This document shows positions 56,112 through 64,000 of a DNA stretch of 64,000 nucleotides, piece after piece; position 1 is the stretch's first letter; each line of letters starts with the position of its first letter. The position numbers and the translations under genes were made by a program. The stretch covers positions 2,874 to 66,873 of the forward strand of contig JAJCYA010000077.1 in NCBI GenBank assembly GCA_029263095.1, given 5' to 3'. The notes beneath the pieces are model-generated. The model had not been told where the DNA came from, made no database searches, and was given only the letters and a program-made list of their open reading frames with translations. Origin of the DNA: Acidimicrobiia bacterium. GTDB taxonomy: Bacteria; Actinomycetota; Acidimicrobiia; Spongiisociales; UBA11373.

Positions 56112-57212
56112 CTAGAGCATCGACTCCAAATCGAACCCACATGAGGGATGACGAAGCTTGGCCAATGCCCGCCCCTCTATCTGCCGGATGCGTTCCCTGG
56201 TGAGATCAAAGCGATCGCCCACATCGGAGAGGGTCCGGGGACTCGTGCCATCGAGACCGTAGCGAAGGACGATGATCTCTCTCTCCCGGTCATCGAGTAG
56301 GCACATCGCCTGCTCGAGATGGCGGCGAGCCGAGGCCTTCGCCGCGATCTCGAACGGGTCTGGGGCGTCGGTGTCCTCGACGAAATCGCCGAGTTGGGCG
56401 TCTCCCTCGAAACCGACGGGTCGGTCGAGTGAGACGGTATCGCTGGGAGCTGTGAGGGCGAGCTCGACTCGCTCCAGATCTAGCCCGCTGGCCTGAGAGA
56501 TCTCTTCGAAGGTCGGACTGCGACGCAGCTTCTCGTTGAGGTTGAGCGCCGTTTCCTGGACCGTTCGCACGACATCGACCATGTGAACCGGGAGACGGAT
56601 CGTCCTTCCCTGGTTCCCCAGCCCCCTTGTGATCGCCTGTCTGATCCACCATGTGGCGTAGGTGGAGAACTTGAAGCCTTTTCGCCAGTCGAATTTCTCG
56701 ACGGCTCGTATGAGTCCAAGGTTTCCTTCCTGCACCAGGTCGAGTAGATCGAGGCCGCGACCCGAGTACCGCTTGGCGATCGAGATCACGAGTCGAAGAT
56801 TGGAGCGGATGAAGGCCGCCTTTGCCTCATCGGCCTGGTGGATGGCCCGAAAGACCCTGGCCCGTTCGGTGGGGGTCAATCTGGCGCCGTCGTCGAGCTT
56901 GCGCTGTGCCTTGCGACCGGTCTCCATGGCCCTAGCGAGGCGAACCTCGTCCTCGGCCGTGAGCAATTCATGCTTTGCGACCGAATCGAGGTAGAGGCCG
57001 ACGCTGTCAGACAGCGGCGGCGTGTCGCGCAAACGCTTGGCCAACCCGCGCACCCCCTTTCGTCCCGGTGGGCGGGCGAGAACGGTATCACCCGGATCGG
57101 GTGCGCCGCAAAGAGGATCCACAGGCCCTGTGGAGAAGTGGAGCCGATGGAACCCCTTGCGAGCTGGGCATGTCTGACGAATGCGGAGCAGGCTGTGGAG
57201 AGTTGTCCACAA
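56112..57212 (-). CDS. Sigma-70 family RNA polymerase sigma factor (group 1/2-like, no long region 1.1)
   Basis: Regions 1.2 (LYLDSVAKHELLTAEDEVRLA), 2 (LRLVISIAKRY..FSTYATWWIRQAITR), 3 and 4 (RTLSDVGDRFDLTRERIRQIE). Exact start uncertain. Confidence 0.75.
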   Translation of the reverse strand: MWTTLHSLLRIRQTCPARKGFHRLHFSTGPVDPLCGAPDPGDTVLARPPGRKGVRGLAKRLRDTPPLSDSVGLYLDSVAKHELLTAEDEVRLARAMETGRKAQRKLDDGARLTPTERARVFRAIHQADEAKAAFIRSNLRLVISIAKRYSGRGLDLLDLVQEGNLGLIRAVEKFDWRKGFKFSTYATWWIRQAITRGLGNQGRTIRLPVHMVDVVRTVQETALNLNEKLRRSPTFEEISQASGLDLERVELALTAPSDTVSLDRPVGFEGDAQLGDFVEDTDAPDPFEIAAKASARRHLEQAMCLLDDREREIIVLRYGLDGTSPRTLSDVGDRFDLTRERIRQIEGRALAKLRHPSCGFDLESML

Positions 57213-57256
57213 CCTGCGCTTCGACTACTCCACAAGGAGGGTGTGGGTGCAAGCCG

Positions 57257-57961
57257 ATGCGGTCCTATGGTGCCGGAGTGATCGCGATCGGAAAGCTCGA
57301 GGAGGAGATAGTCGAATGTCGGCGCTGTCCTCGGCTCGTCGAGTGGCGTGAGAGGGTCGCTCGGATGAAACGAGCCTCCTATGCCGACGAGGTCTACTGG
57401 GGTAGGCCGGTCCCGGGGTTTGGCGACCCCGCGGCGCGACTCGTTGTCGTAGGGCTGGCGCCGGCGGCCCATGGAGCAAATCGGACCGGGCGGATGTTTA
57501 CTGGTGATCGATCGGGGGACTGGCTGTTTCGCGCTCTACATCGTGCCGGGTTCGCATCGCAACCGGAGTCGGTGAATCGGGGTGACGGACTCCGTTTGCG
57601 CGACGCCTGGGTCACAGCTGCCGTGCGGTGTGCGCCTCCGGCCAACAAGCCGACGACCGAGGAGCGCGACAACTGTGTTCCGTGGCTCGAGGCCGAGATG
57701 GAGCTGTTGGCCAACGCCCCGATCGTGGTCTGCCTCGGGGGATTCTCTTGGGGTGTGGTTCATCGGGTGCTGTCGGATGCCGGGACGATGGTGCCCCGGC
57801 CCCGCCCGGCGTTCGGTCACGGGGTCGAATCGGAGACAGCGGGGCCTGTGCTCATCGCCTCCTACCACCCCAGTCAGCAGAACACGTTCACCGGGCGCCT
57901 CACGGAGGAGATGTTCGACTCGGTATTCGCTCGGGCCCGACGCCGCCTGGATCTTGGATAG
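57257..57961 (+). CDS. Uracil-DNA glycosylase, family 5 (UdgB)-like
   Basis: ECRRCPRL and the GLAPAAHGANRTGRMFTG motif (the family-5 GLAPA variant of the GEGPG motif). Start placed at MRSYGAG. Confidence 0.65.
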   Translation: MRSYGAGVIAIGKLEEEIVECRRCPRLVEWRERVARMKRASYADEVYWGRPVPGFGDPAARLVVVGLAPAAHGANRTGRMFTGDRSGDWLFRALHRAGFASQPESVNRGDGLRLRDAWVTAAVRCAPPANKPTTEERDNCVPWLEAEMELLANAPIVVCLGGFSWGVVHRVLSDAGTMVPRPRPAFGHGVESETAGPVLIASYHPSQQNTFTGRLTEEMFDSVFARARRRLDLG

Positions 57962-58013
57962 CGACACCCCCCTCAATAGAGTCGCGTCTGCCGTCTCACA
58001 CGGACTTCGACGC

Positions 58014-59246
58014 GTGCTCGCACTAGACCGAAATACACACCAACGCCTCACAGCGGATCTTCCCAAGCCGCTTCGCGACGCCGCGTCTTCTTCCTTCGAG
58101 GCCTTTGAGTCGATGTCGATGCCGAGCCCGGCAGAAGAGGATTGGCGCTACGTCGCAGTGCCGGGGAGCCTCTCGAATCTGCAGATTCCAAGAAGTCCGG
58201 GGGCTGACCCCACCCGCAGCACCTACGAGTCGCTCCTCGGAGAGACCACCGGCCGCGCCGATATCGTCGATGGCCACGTCAGCGGGGTCGCGGGGAGCAA
58301 CATCGCTCAACTCGCCGAATCTGATGTTTCTTGGTACGAGCCGGCCGCACCGGTAGACAGGTTCGCAGCTGCCGCCTCCGCTTTTGGAGGGTCGGGGGTG
58401 GTCGTGTCGGCAGACGCAGGAGAGATCGTGTCGCAGCCGCTGTTTGTCTCGATCGAGGCCGCCACTCCGGGGGTCGTGTCGATTCCGCGTCTGCTCGTCG
58501 TCGGAGCAGAGGCCTCTGCGGTCGACGTGGTGGTGGAGCAGCGATCGCCTGACGGGTTCGAATCTCTAGTGCTCCCCGATGTGGAGGTCGTCGCCGGAAG
58601 AGCGGCTCGAGTGTCGGTAACGGTTGTGCAGAACTGGGGGGACCAAACCACCGCAGTCGGACGGCATCGATTGCGGGCGGACGGCGGCGCATCCGTCGGG
58701 TTCGCTGAGGCTGGTCTCGGAGCACGCTTCTCGCGGCTGCATCTCACCGTCGATCTGGTCGGCAGGGGTGCCGATGCCCGTATCTCGGGCACCTATTTCG
58801 GGGATGCGGACCAGACGCTCGACTATCGCTATTTCATGAATCATCTCGGACCCAATACGACGTCCGAGATGTTCCTAAAAGGAGCCGTCGCCGGCGCGGC
58901 CCGGTCGGTGTTTACCGGTCTCATTCGCGTCGATCCTGATGGCCAAGGGACAAACGCTCATCAGACCAATCGAAATCTGGTGCTATCGGATTCTGCAGAG
59001 GCCCACTCGGTGCCCAATCTCGAGATTCTTGCGAACGACGTTCGTTGCGGACACGGATCGGCAGTCGGCCCACTCGATGAGGAGCAGCGCTACTACCTCA
59101 TGAGCCGTGGCCTCCCCGCCCCGAGGGCGGATCGACTCCAGGTGCTCGGGTTCTTCGAGGAGTCACTGCAACGTTTTCCCAACCAGAAGCTCGAGCCGAT
59201 GCTGCGCGCAGCAGCCATGGCAAAGTACGACCGGGTGGCCTCATGA
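58014..59246 (+). CDS. sufD: Fe-S cluster assembly protein SufD
   Basis: SufBD beta-helix domain and C-terminal YYLMSRGLP. Start uncertain (GTG 58014 or ATG 58110); the upstream 144 codons of the ORF overlap udgB and were rejected. Confidence 0.7.
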   Translation: MLALDRNTHQRLTADLPKPLRDAASSSFEAFESMSMPSPAEEDWRYVAVPGSLSNLQIPRSPGADPTRSTYESLLGETTGRADIVDGHVSGVAGSNIAQLAESDVSWYEPAAPVDRFAAAASAFGGSGVVVSADAGEIVSQPLFVSIEAATPGVVSIPRLLVVGAEASAVDVVVEQRSPDGFESLVLPDVEVVAGRAARVSVTVVQNWGDQTTAVGRHRLRADGGASVGFAEAGLGARFSRLHLTVDLVGRGADARISGTYFGDADQTLDYRYFMNHLGPNTTSEMFLKGAVAGAARSVFTGLIRVDPDGQGTNAHQTNRNLVLSDSAEAHSVPNLEILANDVRCGHGSAVGPLDEEQRYYLMSRGLPAPRADRLQVLGFFEESLQRFPNQKLEPMLRAAAMAKYDRVAS

Positions 59247-59575
59247 TTGAGCGTCATCGTGTGGCAGCATTCGATCAGCTTGCCGAGTCTGCCGGTCTTC
59301 GCGTCGATGTCGCCGGGCATCGGATCGCCCTATTCCGGCTCGGTGACGATGTGTACGCCATTGGGGATCGTTGCAGCCACGCGGAGGCATCGTTGGCCGA
59401 AGGCGAGGTGTTCGATGGTGCGGTCGAGTGCCCGAGGCACGGCTCCGAATTCGATCTTCGTACCGGCAGATCCGAATCGTTGCCGGCTACGCGTCCCGTG
59501 CCGACGTACACGGTCGAAGTCGAAGGAACAGACGTGTTCGTCACCGTGGAGTCGAGCGAAGGCGGCGAGGCATGA
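59243..59575 (+). CDS. Rieske [2Fe-2S] domain protein (suf-associated)
   Basis: CSHAEASL...CPRHGSEF (CxH...CxxH Rieske motif). Overlaps the sufD stop and the sufC start. Confidence 0.7.
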   Translation: MIERHRVAAFDQLAESAGLRVDVAGHRIALFRLGDDVYAIGDRCSHAEASLAEGEVFDGAVECPRHGSEFDLRTGRSESLPATRPVPTYTVEVEGTDVFVTVESSEGGEA

Positions 59576-60342
59576 GCACTTCGGCGTTGACGATCACCGA
59601 TCTCACGGTGCGGCTCGGAGATCTCCAGATCCTGCGGGGTGTCGATCTCGAGGTTCCCTTCGGCGAGGTACACGCTCTCATGGGCCCAAACGGCTCCGGC
59701 AAATCGACTCTTTGTCACGCTCTCATGGGGAAGCCGGGATATGAGGCTGCGGGATCAGCCCGGGTCGACGGCGCCGAGCTGCTCGGCCTGCCGGTCGATG
59801 AGCGCGCCCGGCTTGGCTTGTTTGAAGGGTTCCAATACCCCGTGGAGGTGCCGGGCGTGGCGCTGCGCGAACTGCTCGACGAGATGGCTGCTGTTGGCGG
59901 TTCGGAGATCAGTGATAGGGGGGCGGCGTCGGCTGCGCGACTCGACATGGAACGGTTCCTGGACCGCCCTGTGAATGCCGGGTTGTCTGGAGGCGAGAAG
60001 AAGCGCTCTGAGATGCTCCAGCTTGGCGCCCTTGCCCCCCGGGTGGCGATCCTCGATGAGATCGACTCCGGTCTCGACATTGATGCCGTTCGAGATGTGG
60101 CCGAAGCCGTCGAAGGGATGCGCGGACCGGATCTCGGAGTGCTGGTGATCACCCACTACAGCCGGATACTGAGGTATCTGACTGTGGACAGGGTCCACGT
60201 GATGGTGGCGGGTCGGATAGTCGCGTCGGGCAGTTCAGAATTGGCCGAGGATCTCGAAGCCTCCGGGTACGACGCTCTTGTCGGCGAACACGACGCCGGA
60301 TCTGAAGCGGTCGTGTCCGAATCCTTTCTCGACGGCTTGTAG
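59572..60342 (+). CDS. sufC: Fe-S cluster assembly ATPase SufC
   Basis: GPNGSGKST (Walker A), LSGGEKKR (ABC signature), ILDEIDSGLD (Walker B); ~256 aa. Confidence 0.85.
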   Translation: MSTSALTITDLTVRLGDLQILRGVDLEVPFGEVHALMGPNGSGKSTLCHALMGKPGYEAAGSARVDGAELLGLPVDERARLGLFEGFQYPVEVPGVALRELLDEMAAVGGSEISDRGAASAARLDMERFLDRPVNAGLSGGEKKRSEMLQLGALAPRVAILDEIDSGLDIDAVRDVAEAVEGMRGPDLGVLVITHYSRILRYLTVDRVHVMVAGRIVASGSSELAEDLEASGYDALVGEHDAGSEAVVSESFLDGL

Positions 60343-60355
60343 GCCGGAACGCCTC

Positions 60356-61120
60356 ATGTCGGTGCCTCTCCACACGACTTCATGGGGAGGCCATGCCGAG
60401 AGGCGCATCCTGCTTCTTCACGGCATAACTTCGAGCGTCGCCGGGTGGTGGCGGGTCGGCCCCGATCTGGCGGAGATGGGTTGGGAGGTCGTCGCAGCCG
60501 ATCTGCGTGGCCACGGGGACAGTCCTCATCCAGGCTCCTACAGATTCTCAGAGCACGTTGCAGACGTGATAGCGCTCGGCTCGGGTTGGGATGCCGTTCT
60601 GGGTCACTCCATGGGGGGGACGATCTCGGTGCTCGCCGCCACCGCCGCTCCTTCGTGGGCGAGGGGAATCGTCCTCCAGGATCCAGCCCTGATGCTGCCC
60701 GAACCGATGTCTGAGGTCCTCGGGTGGCTGCTGGAGGAGTACCACGCGGATTCCGATGCGGATCGAATTGCCGAGATGAGCCCGAGGTGGCACCCGATCG
60801 ACGTGGCGGCAAAGGTCGAGGCGCTCGGAAAGTCGTCTTCGGAGGTCGTGACCCAAACGGTCGAGGTGAATTGGCCATGGATGGTGCTGGACGAGGCGAG
60901 CAATCTCCCGGTGCCGACTGCAGTACTCGGGTCGGATCCAGGGGCAGGGGGGATCCTTCCGGTAGCGTTCGGTGAGTGGCTCGCAGGCTCGCCGTTGATC
61001 GAATACGAGATGATCCCCAACTCGTCGCACTCAGCCCACAGGGACGATGACCAATACAACACCTATCTATCGGCCCTGGCCGGGGCCCTGGATCGCCTGC
61101 CTACGCTGGGTGGGCAATAG
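60356..61120 (+). CDS. Alpha/beta-hydrolase fold protein
   Basis: GHSMGG nucleophile elbow, and LLLHG N-terminal to it. Confidence 0.6.
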   Translation: MSVPLHTTSWGGHAERRILLLHGITSSVAGWWRVGPDLAEMGWEVVAADLRGHGDSPHPGSYRFSEHVADVIALGSGWDAVLGHSMGGTISVLAATAAPSWARGIVLQDPALMLPEPMSEVLGWLLEEYHADSDADRIAEMSPRWHPIDVAAKVEALGKSSSEVVTQTVEVNWPWMVLDEASNLPVPTAVLGSDPGAGGILPVAFGEWLAGSPLIEYEMIPNSSHSAHRDDDQYNTYLSALAGALDRLPTLGGQ

Positions 61121-61193
61121 ATCGCCACGATTCCGCGGGGTCCCGAATTCAACTGTGTACGGCGGATCCCGGTCGAACAGAGGAGCGTTTCGC

Positions 61194-62582
61194 ATGCGAA
61201 TCGAAAAGGACTCGATGGGAGAGGTCCAGGTTCCCGACGACGCCTACTACGGCGCTTCGACCCAGAGGGCGGTCGACAACTTCCCAATCTCCGACCTCCG
61301 GTTCGCCCGGCGGATGATCGAAGCTCTCGGCTTGATCAAGGGGAGCGCAGCCGTCACCAACCTTGGGCTGGGGATCCTCACTGAGGAGGAAGCAGAGGCG
61401 ATCGGGCGCGCCGCCGAAGAGGTGATCGAGGGGGTTCACGATGATCAGTTCGTAGTGGACATCTTCCAAACCGGATCCGGGACCTCTTCGAACATGAACG
61501 CCAACGAGGTCATCGCCAATCGGGCCACCGAGCTTCTGGGCGGCGAGCGCGGCGAGAAGCTGGTGCATCCGAACGACCATGTCAACGCCAGTCAGTCGTC
61601 GAACGACGTCATTCCGACCGCTATCCACATTGCTGTGGTCGCCACCCTGCGCGAGGCGACGATCCCATCACTCGAACGACTCGCGGCAGCGCTCGAGGCC
61701 AAGGCAATCGAGTTCGATCCGATCGTGAAGTCCGGTCGAACCCATTTGATGGATGCGACTCCGGTGCGGCTTGGCCAGGAATTCGCCGGGTACGCGGCTC
61801 AGGTCCGAAAGGGTATCGAACGGATCGAAGCCACCTTGCCCGGTCTCGAGGAGCTTGCCTTGGGAGGCACCGCCGTCGGTACCGGTATCAATGCTCCCGA
61901 GGGCTTTGCCGGCGACACGATCGCCAGGATGGCGGAGAAGACCGGGTACGGCTTCCGCGAGGCGAGAGACCACTTCGAGGCTCAGGGAGCCAAGGATGCC
62001 GCCGTGTTTGCGTCCGGGGCACTGAAGACGGTCGCGACCGCGCTGTTCAAGATCGCCAACGACATCCGCTGGCTCGGATCGGGACCCCGCACCGCGATTG
62101 GTGAGCTGGCCCTTCCCGCTACCCAGCCCGGTTCATCGATCATGCCGGGGAAGGTCAACCCAGTCATGGCCGAGTCCGTCATGCAGGTCGTGGCCCAGGT
62201 GATCGGCAACGATGCCGCAGTGGCTTGGTCGAACGCCAATGGCAACTTCGAGCTGAACGTGATGATGCCGGTGTTGGCTCACAATCTCCTGGAGTCGGCC
62301 GAGTTGATCGGCGCGGTGTGCGATGCGTTCAGAGAGAAGTGCATCGAGGGCATCGAAGCCAACGAGGAGCGGGCCACCGAGTTGCTCTCCAAGAACATCA
62401 TCATCATCACCGCTCTAGCCCCGAAGGTCGGTTACGACAAGGCGGCCGCAATAGCGAAGCAGGCATTTGCCACAGGAAAGGGAGTCAAGGAGGTGGCACT
62501 CGAGATGGAGGTGCTCCCGGAGGACGAACTCGACCGTGCGCTCGATCTGTATTCGATGACCGAGGGCGGAATCGCCGGGTAA
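61194..62582 (+). CDS. fumC: Class II fumarate hydratase
   Basis: MRIEKDSMGEVQVPDDAYYGASTQRA N-terminus and the GSSIMPGKVNP signature. The upstream 49 codons of the ORF were rejected. Confidence 0.85.
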   Translation: MRIEKDSMGEVQVPDDAYYGASTQRAVDNFPISDLRFARRMIEALGLIKGSAAVTNLGLGILTEEEAEAIGRAAEEVIEGVHDDQFVVDIFQTGSGTSSNMNANEVIANRATELLGGERGEKLVHPNDHVNASQSSNDVIPTAIHIAVVATLREATIPSLERLAAALEAKAIEFDPIVKSGRTHLMDATPVRLGQEFAGYAAQVRKGIERIEATLPGLEELALGGTAVGTGINAPEGFAGDTIARMAEKTGYGFREARDHFEAQGAKDAAVFASGALKTVATALFKIANDIRWLGSGPRTAIGELALPATQPGSSIMPGKVNPVMAESVMQVVAQVIGNDAAVAWSNANGNFELNVMMPVLAHNLLESAELIGAVCDAFREKCIEGIEANEERATELLSKNIIIITALAPKVGYDKAAAIAKQAFATGKGVKEVALEMEVLPEDELDRALDLYSMTEGGIAG

Positions 62583-62620
62583 GACCCTGCGATCTCGCCC
62601 TCGGTCACAATCGCAGGTTG

Positions 62621-63259
62621 CTATCCCGTCATCGTCAACGGCCCGGGGATCGTCGTTCCGTCGGTAAACGTTACGCCGGAGAGCACCGCTTCGAATCCGT
62701 CGGCGTCGGCTTGGACGATCTCGATGTCGCCGCTCGCCAGGAAGTCAGCTCCCAGGTCACCGATCGGACCGGTCCCATCAGGGTCGAAGTGCACGCAGAT
62801 ACCACTACCGCCTGGAGAGCAATCGATCGTGGACATGCCCAGTTCTCCGGCCCAAGCCGTCCCGTACCCGGTCGTGTAGGCCTCGATCGAGAGGAAGAAG
62901 CCGTCGGTGTCTGGGTTGTTGTGCACGTGGAAGAACGGATCGGTTGAACCCGACGCCGGCGGGATGAAGAAGACCCCCTCCAGCGCGGCCCAGTCGATGG
63001 TCACTTCGCCGTCGGCGGTGATCTCGAACACTGCCATCGGGGCCGCAACGGTGGTCGCAGGTGCCGCCGTTGTCGTTGGCGCAATCGTGGTAGCGGCCGC
63101 TGCGGTGGTCGTGGTTTCGGCTGGGGCGGTCGATGTGGTCGCCACAGGGGCAGTGGTCGCCGGAGTGGTGCCGGAGCCTGCCGAGTCGTCGTCGCCGCAT
63201 GCGACGGCAACGAGTCCTATTGCCAGTGCGAACGCGATCAACTGCTTGAACTTGCCCAT
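62621..63259 (-). CDS. Lipoprotein with Thr/Ala-rich linker, unknown function
   Basis: MGKFKQLIAFALAIGLVAVACGDDD lipobox, followed by a TTAPVATTSTAPAETTTTAAAATT linker. Confidence 0.5.
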   Translation of the reverse strand: MGKFKQLIAFALAIGLVAVACGDDDSAGSGTTPATTAPVATTSTAPAETTTTAAAATTIAPTTTAAPATTVAAPMAVFEITADGEVTIDWAALEGVFFIPPASGSTDPFFHVHNNPDTDGFFLSIEAYTTGYGTAWAGELGMSTIDCSPGGSGICVHFDPDGTGPIGDLGADFLASGDIEIVQADADGFEAVLSGVTFTDGTTIPGPLTMTG

Positions 63260-63372
63260 TCGGGAACCCCTCGATAGGTGAGCCAGGAAGAGTACCCCGC
63301 CATCGTGAGTTACTCAGCCGGTTCTCAGGCCGGCCTTACATGTGCATAACCTGAGCCGTCGACGTTCAATAC

Positions 63373-64000
63373 ATGAAGAACAAGCTGAACCCACCGTTGC
63401 TTGCATTGGCGATTGTTGCCGCCGCCTGTGGTGGCGGTGGACCGACCAGCGTCACTGCGTCCGTCCAAGCCACGACGGAAGCGTTCACTCCTGACTCCAC
63501 TCTCTCGGACAGGAGATCGGACTCTGGTCCGCTCTACATCGGGGTGTCGATCCATGTCGAAGGATGGAAGGACGAGGACCGCAACGAGGCCGTGTTCGAC
63601 CGCCACGTCGCGGGGCTTCTGACGATGGCCGAGGTCGCAGGCGACTTCGGTGCCGTCTTCACATTCGAATTCTCTGAGGTGTTCATGGACGGCGTGATCC
63701 GTTGGGAGAGCGATGTGATCGATCGTCTCGACGCGTTCGGCCATGCCACCGGAATCCATGCCGATGTCGGCGGAAGAGGCGATTCCAGCTTCGAGAGCCT
63801 GGTTGCGCCGCTGGTGCGAATGCGCAACAAGGCGGCCTCGATCGGAGTCGACACCCGCCACGTCTCGGGGATCTGCTCGCGGGGCCCCTGGGTCGAGGCG
63901 GCGTTGGAGGCAGGGTTTCAGTCGACGAATGGAGCGGTCGAGTACTGCGCTACTTCGCTCGATCCGGAGGTTGTCCCGGATGCATGGGATCTGTCGGGCT
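63373..64000 (+). CDS. Lipoprotein, 3'-truncated by the window edge
   Basis: My own translation from the ATG at ~63373: MKNKLNPPLLALAIVAAACGGGG..., open to the end of the window. Not in the supplied ORF track because it has no stop codon. Confidence 0.4.
   Translation, partial: MKNKLNPPLLALAIVAAACGGGGPTSVTASVQATTEAFTPDSTLSDRRSDSGPLYIGVSIHVEGWKDEDRNEAVFDRHVAGLLTMAEVAGDFGAVFTFEFSEVFMDGVIRWESDVIDRLDAFGHATGIHADVGGRGDSSFESLVAPLVRMRNKAASIGVDTRHVSGICSRGPWVEAALEAGFQSTNGAVEYCATSLDPEVVPDAWDLSG

Noticed and set aside
62583-62620. Inverted repeat cctgcgat-n16-atcgcagg between convergent fumC and the lipoprotein gene, as a rho-independent terminator
   Set aside because: An 8-bp stem but with a long loop and no U-tract on either strand. 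A possible bidirectional structure; too weak to call.
63325-63861. Minus-strand 178-aa ORF and plus-strand ORF 63401-63622 at the window end
   Set aside because: Both overlap a plus-strand frame that begins with a clean lipoprotein signal peptide (MKNKLNPPLLALAIVAAACGGGG) and stays open to the window edge. They are judged antisense or off-frame.

Overview
This is a high-GC window (roughly 68-70% by eye) with about 70 supportable protein-coding genes. I found no rRNA, tRNA or CRISPR array. The gene content points to an actinobacterium: nucS, a group-2-like sigma-70 factor, family-5 udgB, an MT0933-like protein, and many lipoproteins with Thr/Pro/Ala-rich linkers.

Layout by region:
- 0-8.5 kb: secreted and lipoprotein genes; a gene with a ~180-bp internal tandem duplication giving two wHTH domains plus a SHOCT tail; and a membrane protein whose cytoplasmic C-terminus is a phage tail-tube (T4 gp19/TIGR02241-like) domain with no other contractile-injection genes nearby.
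- 8.6-11.6 kb: a toxin-antitoxin island (hipB-hipA, a higB/higA-like pair, an MT0933-like gene) behind a ~190-bp AT-rich promoter region, then cspA.
- 12.1-12.4 kb and 26.9-27.1 kb: a ~127-bp G/C-tract-rich hairpin repeat family (two tandem copies plus one rearranged distant copy), each time between convergent genes.
- 12.4-21.7 kb: a small acidic protein facing an ICMT-family methyltransferase, a haloacid dehalogenase, a tandem GT2 glycosyltransferase, a zinc alcohol dehydrogenase, a type II (archaeal-type) GAPDH-like gene, a threonine dehydratase and a HisC-family aminotransferase.
- 21.8-44.5 kb: a dense catabolic island that reads as a complete anaerobic-type benzoyl-CoA pathway, which is the main finding. 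It contains tetR followed by four genes resembling class I ATP-dependent benzoyl-CoA reductase (bcrCBAD/bzdNOPQ-like, with two activase-type ATPases), then a convergent dch / oah(bamA) / had ring-hydrolysis module; the BamA-like protein contains both motifs (LNSYTT, QEIGM) targeted by the standard bamA marker primers. Also here are a hemerythrin, small-type leuCD-like and HMGL-synthase genes, SDR, crotonase, family III CoA-transferase, DUF35+SCP-x thiolase, PrpF, and hcrCAB-like 4-hydroxybenzoyl-CoA reductase whose FAD subunit has the Cys-rich insertion characteristic of that enzyme.
- 44.5-64 kb: a membrane protein, PaaI thioesterase, DksA-like gene, a lipoprotein serpin, EEP nuclease, infA, a split suf cluster (sufB, then a 6.4-kb insert, then sufD-Rieske-sufC with no sufS/sufU), an orphan GAF-GAF histidine kinase, GNAT, DinB, galU, nucS, sigma factor, udgB, an alpha/beta hydrolase, fumC and two lipoproteins.

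Many of the long ORFs in the six-frame track are wrong-frame or antisense artefacts (Arg/Pro-rich). Several true genes start downstream of the first in-frame start codon; those N-terminal extensions were trimmed.
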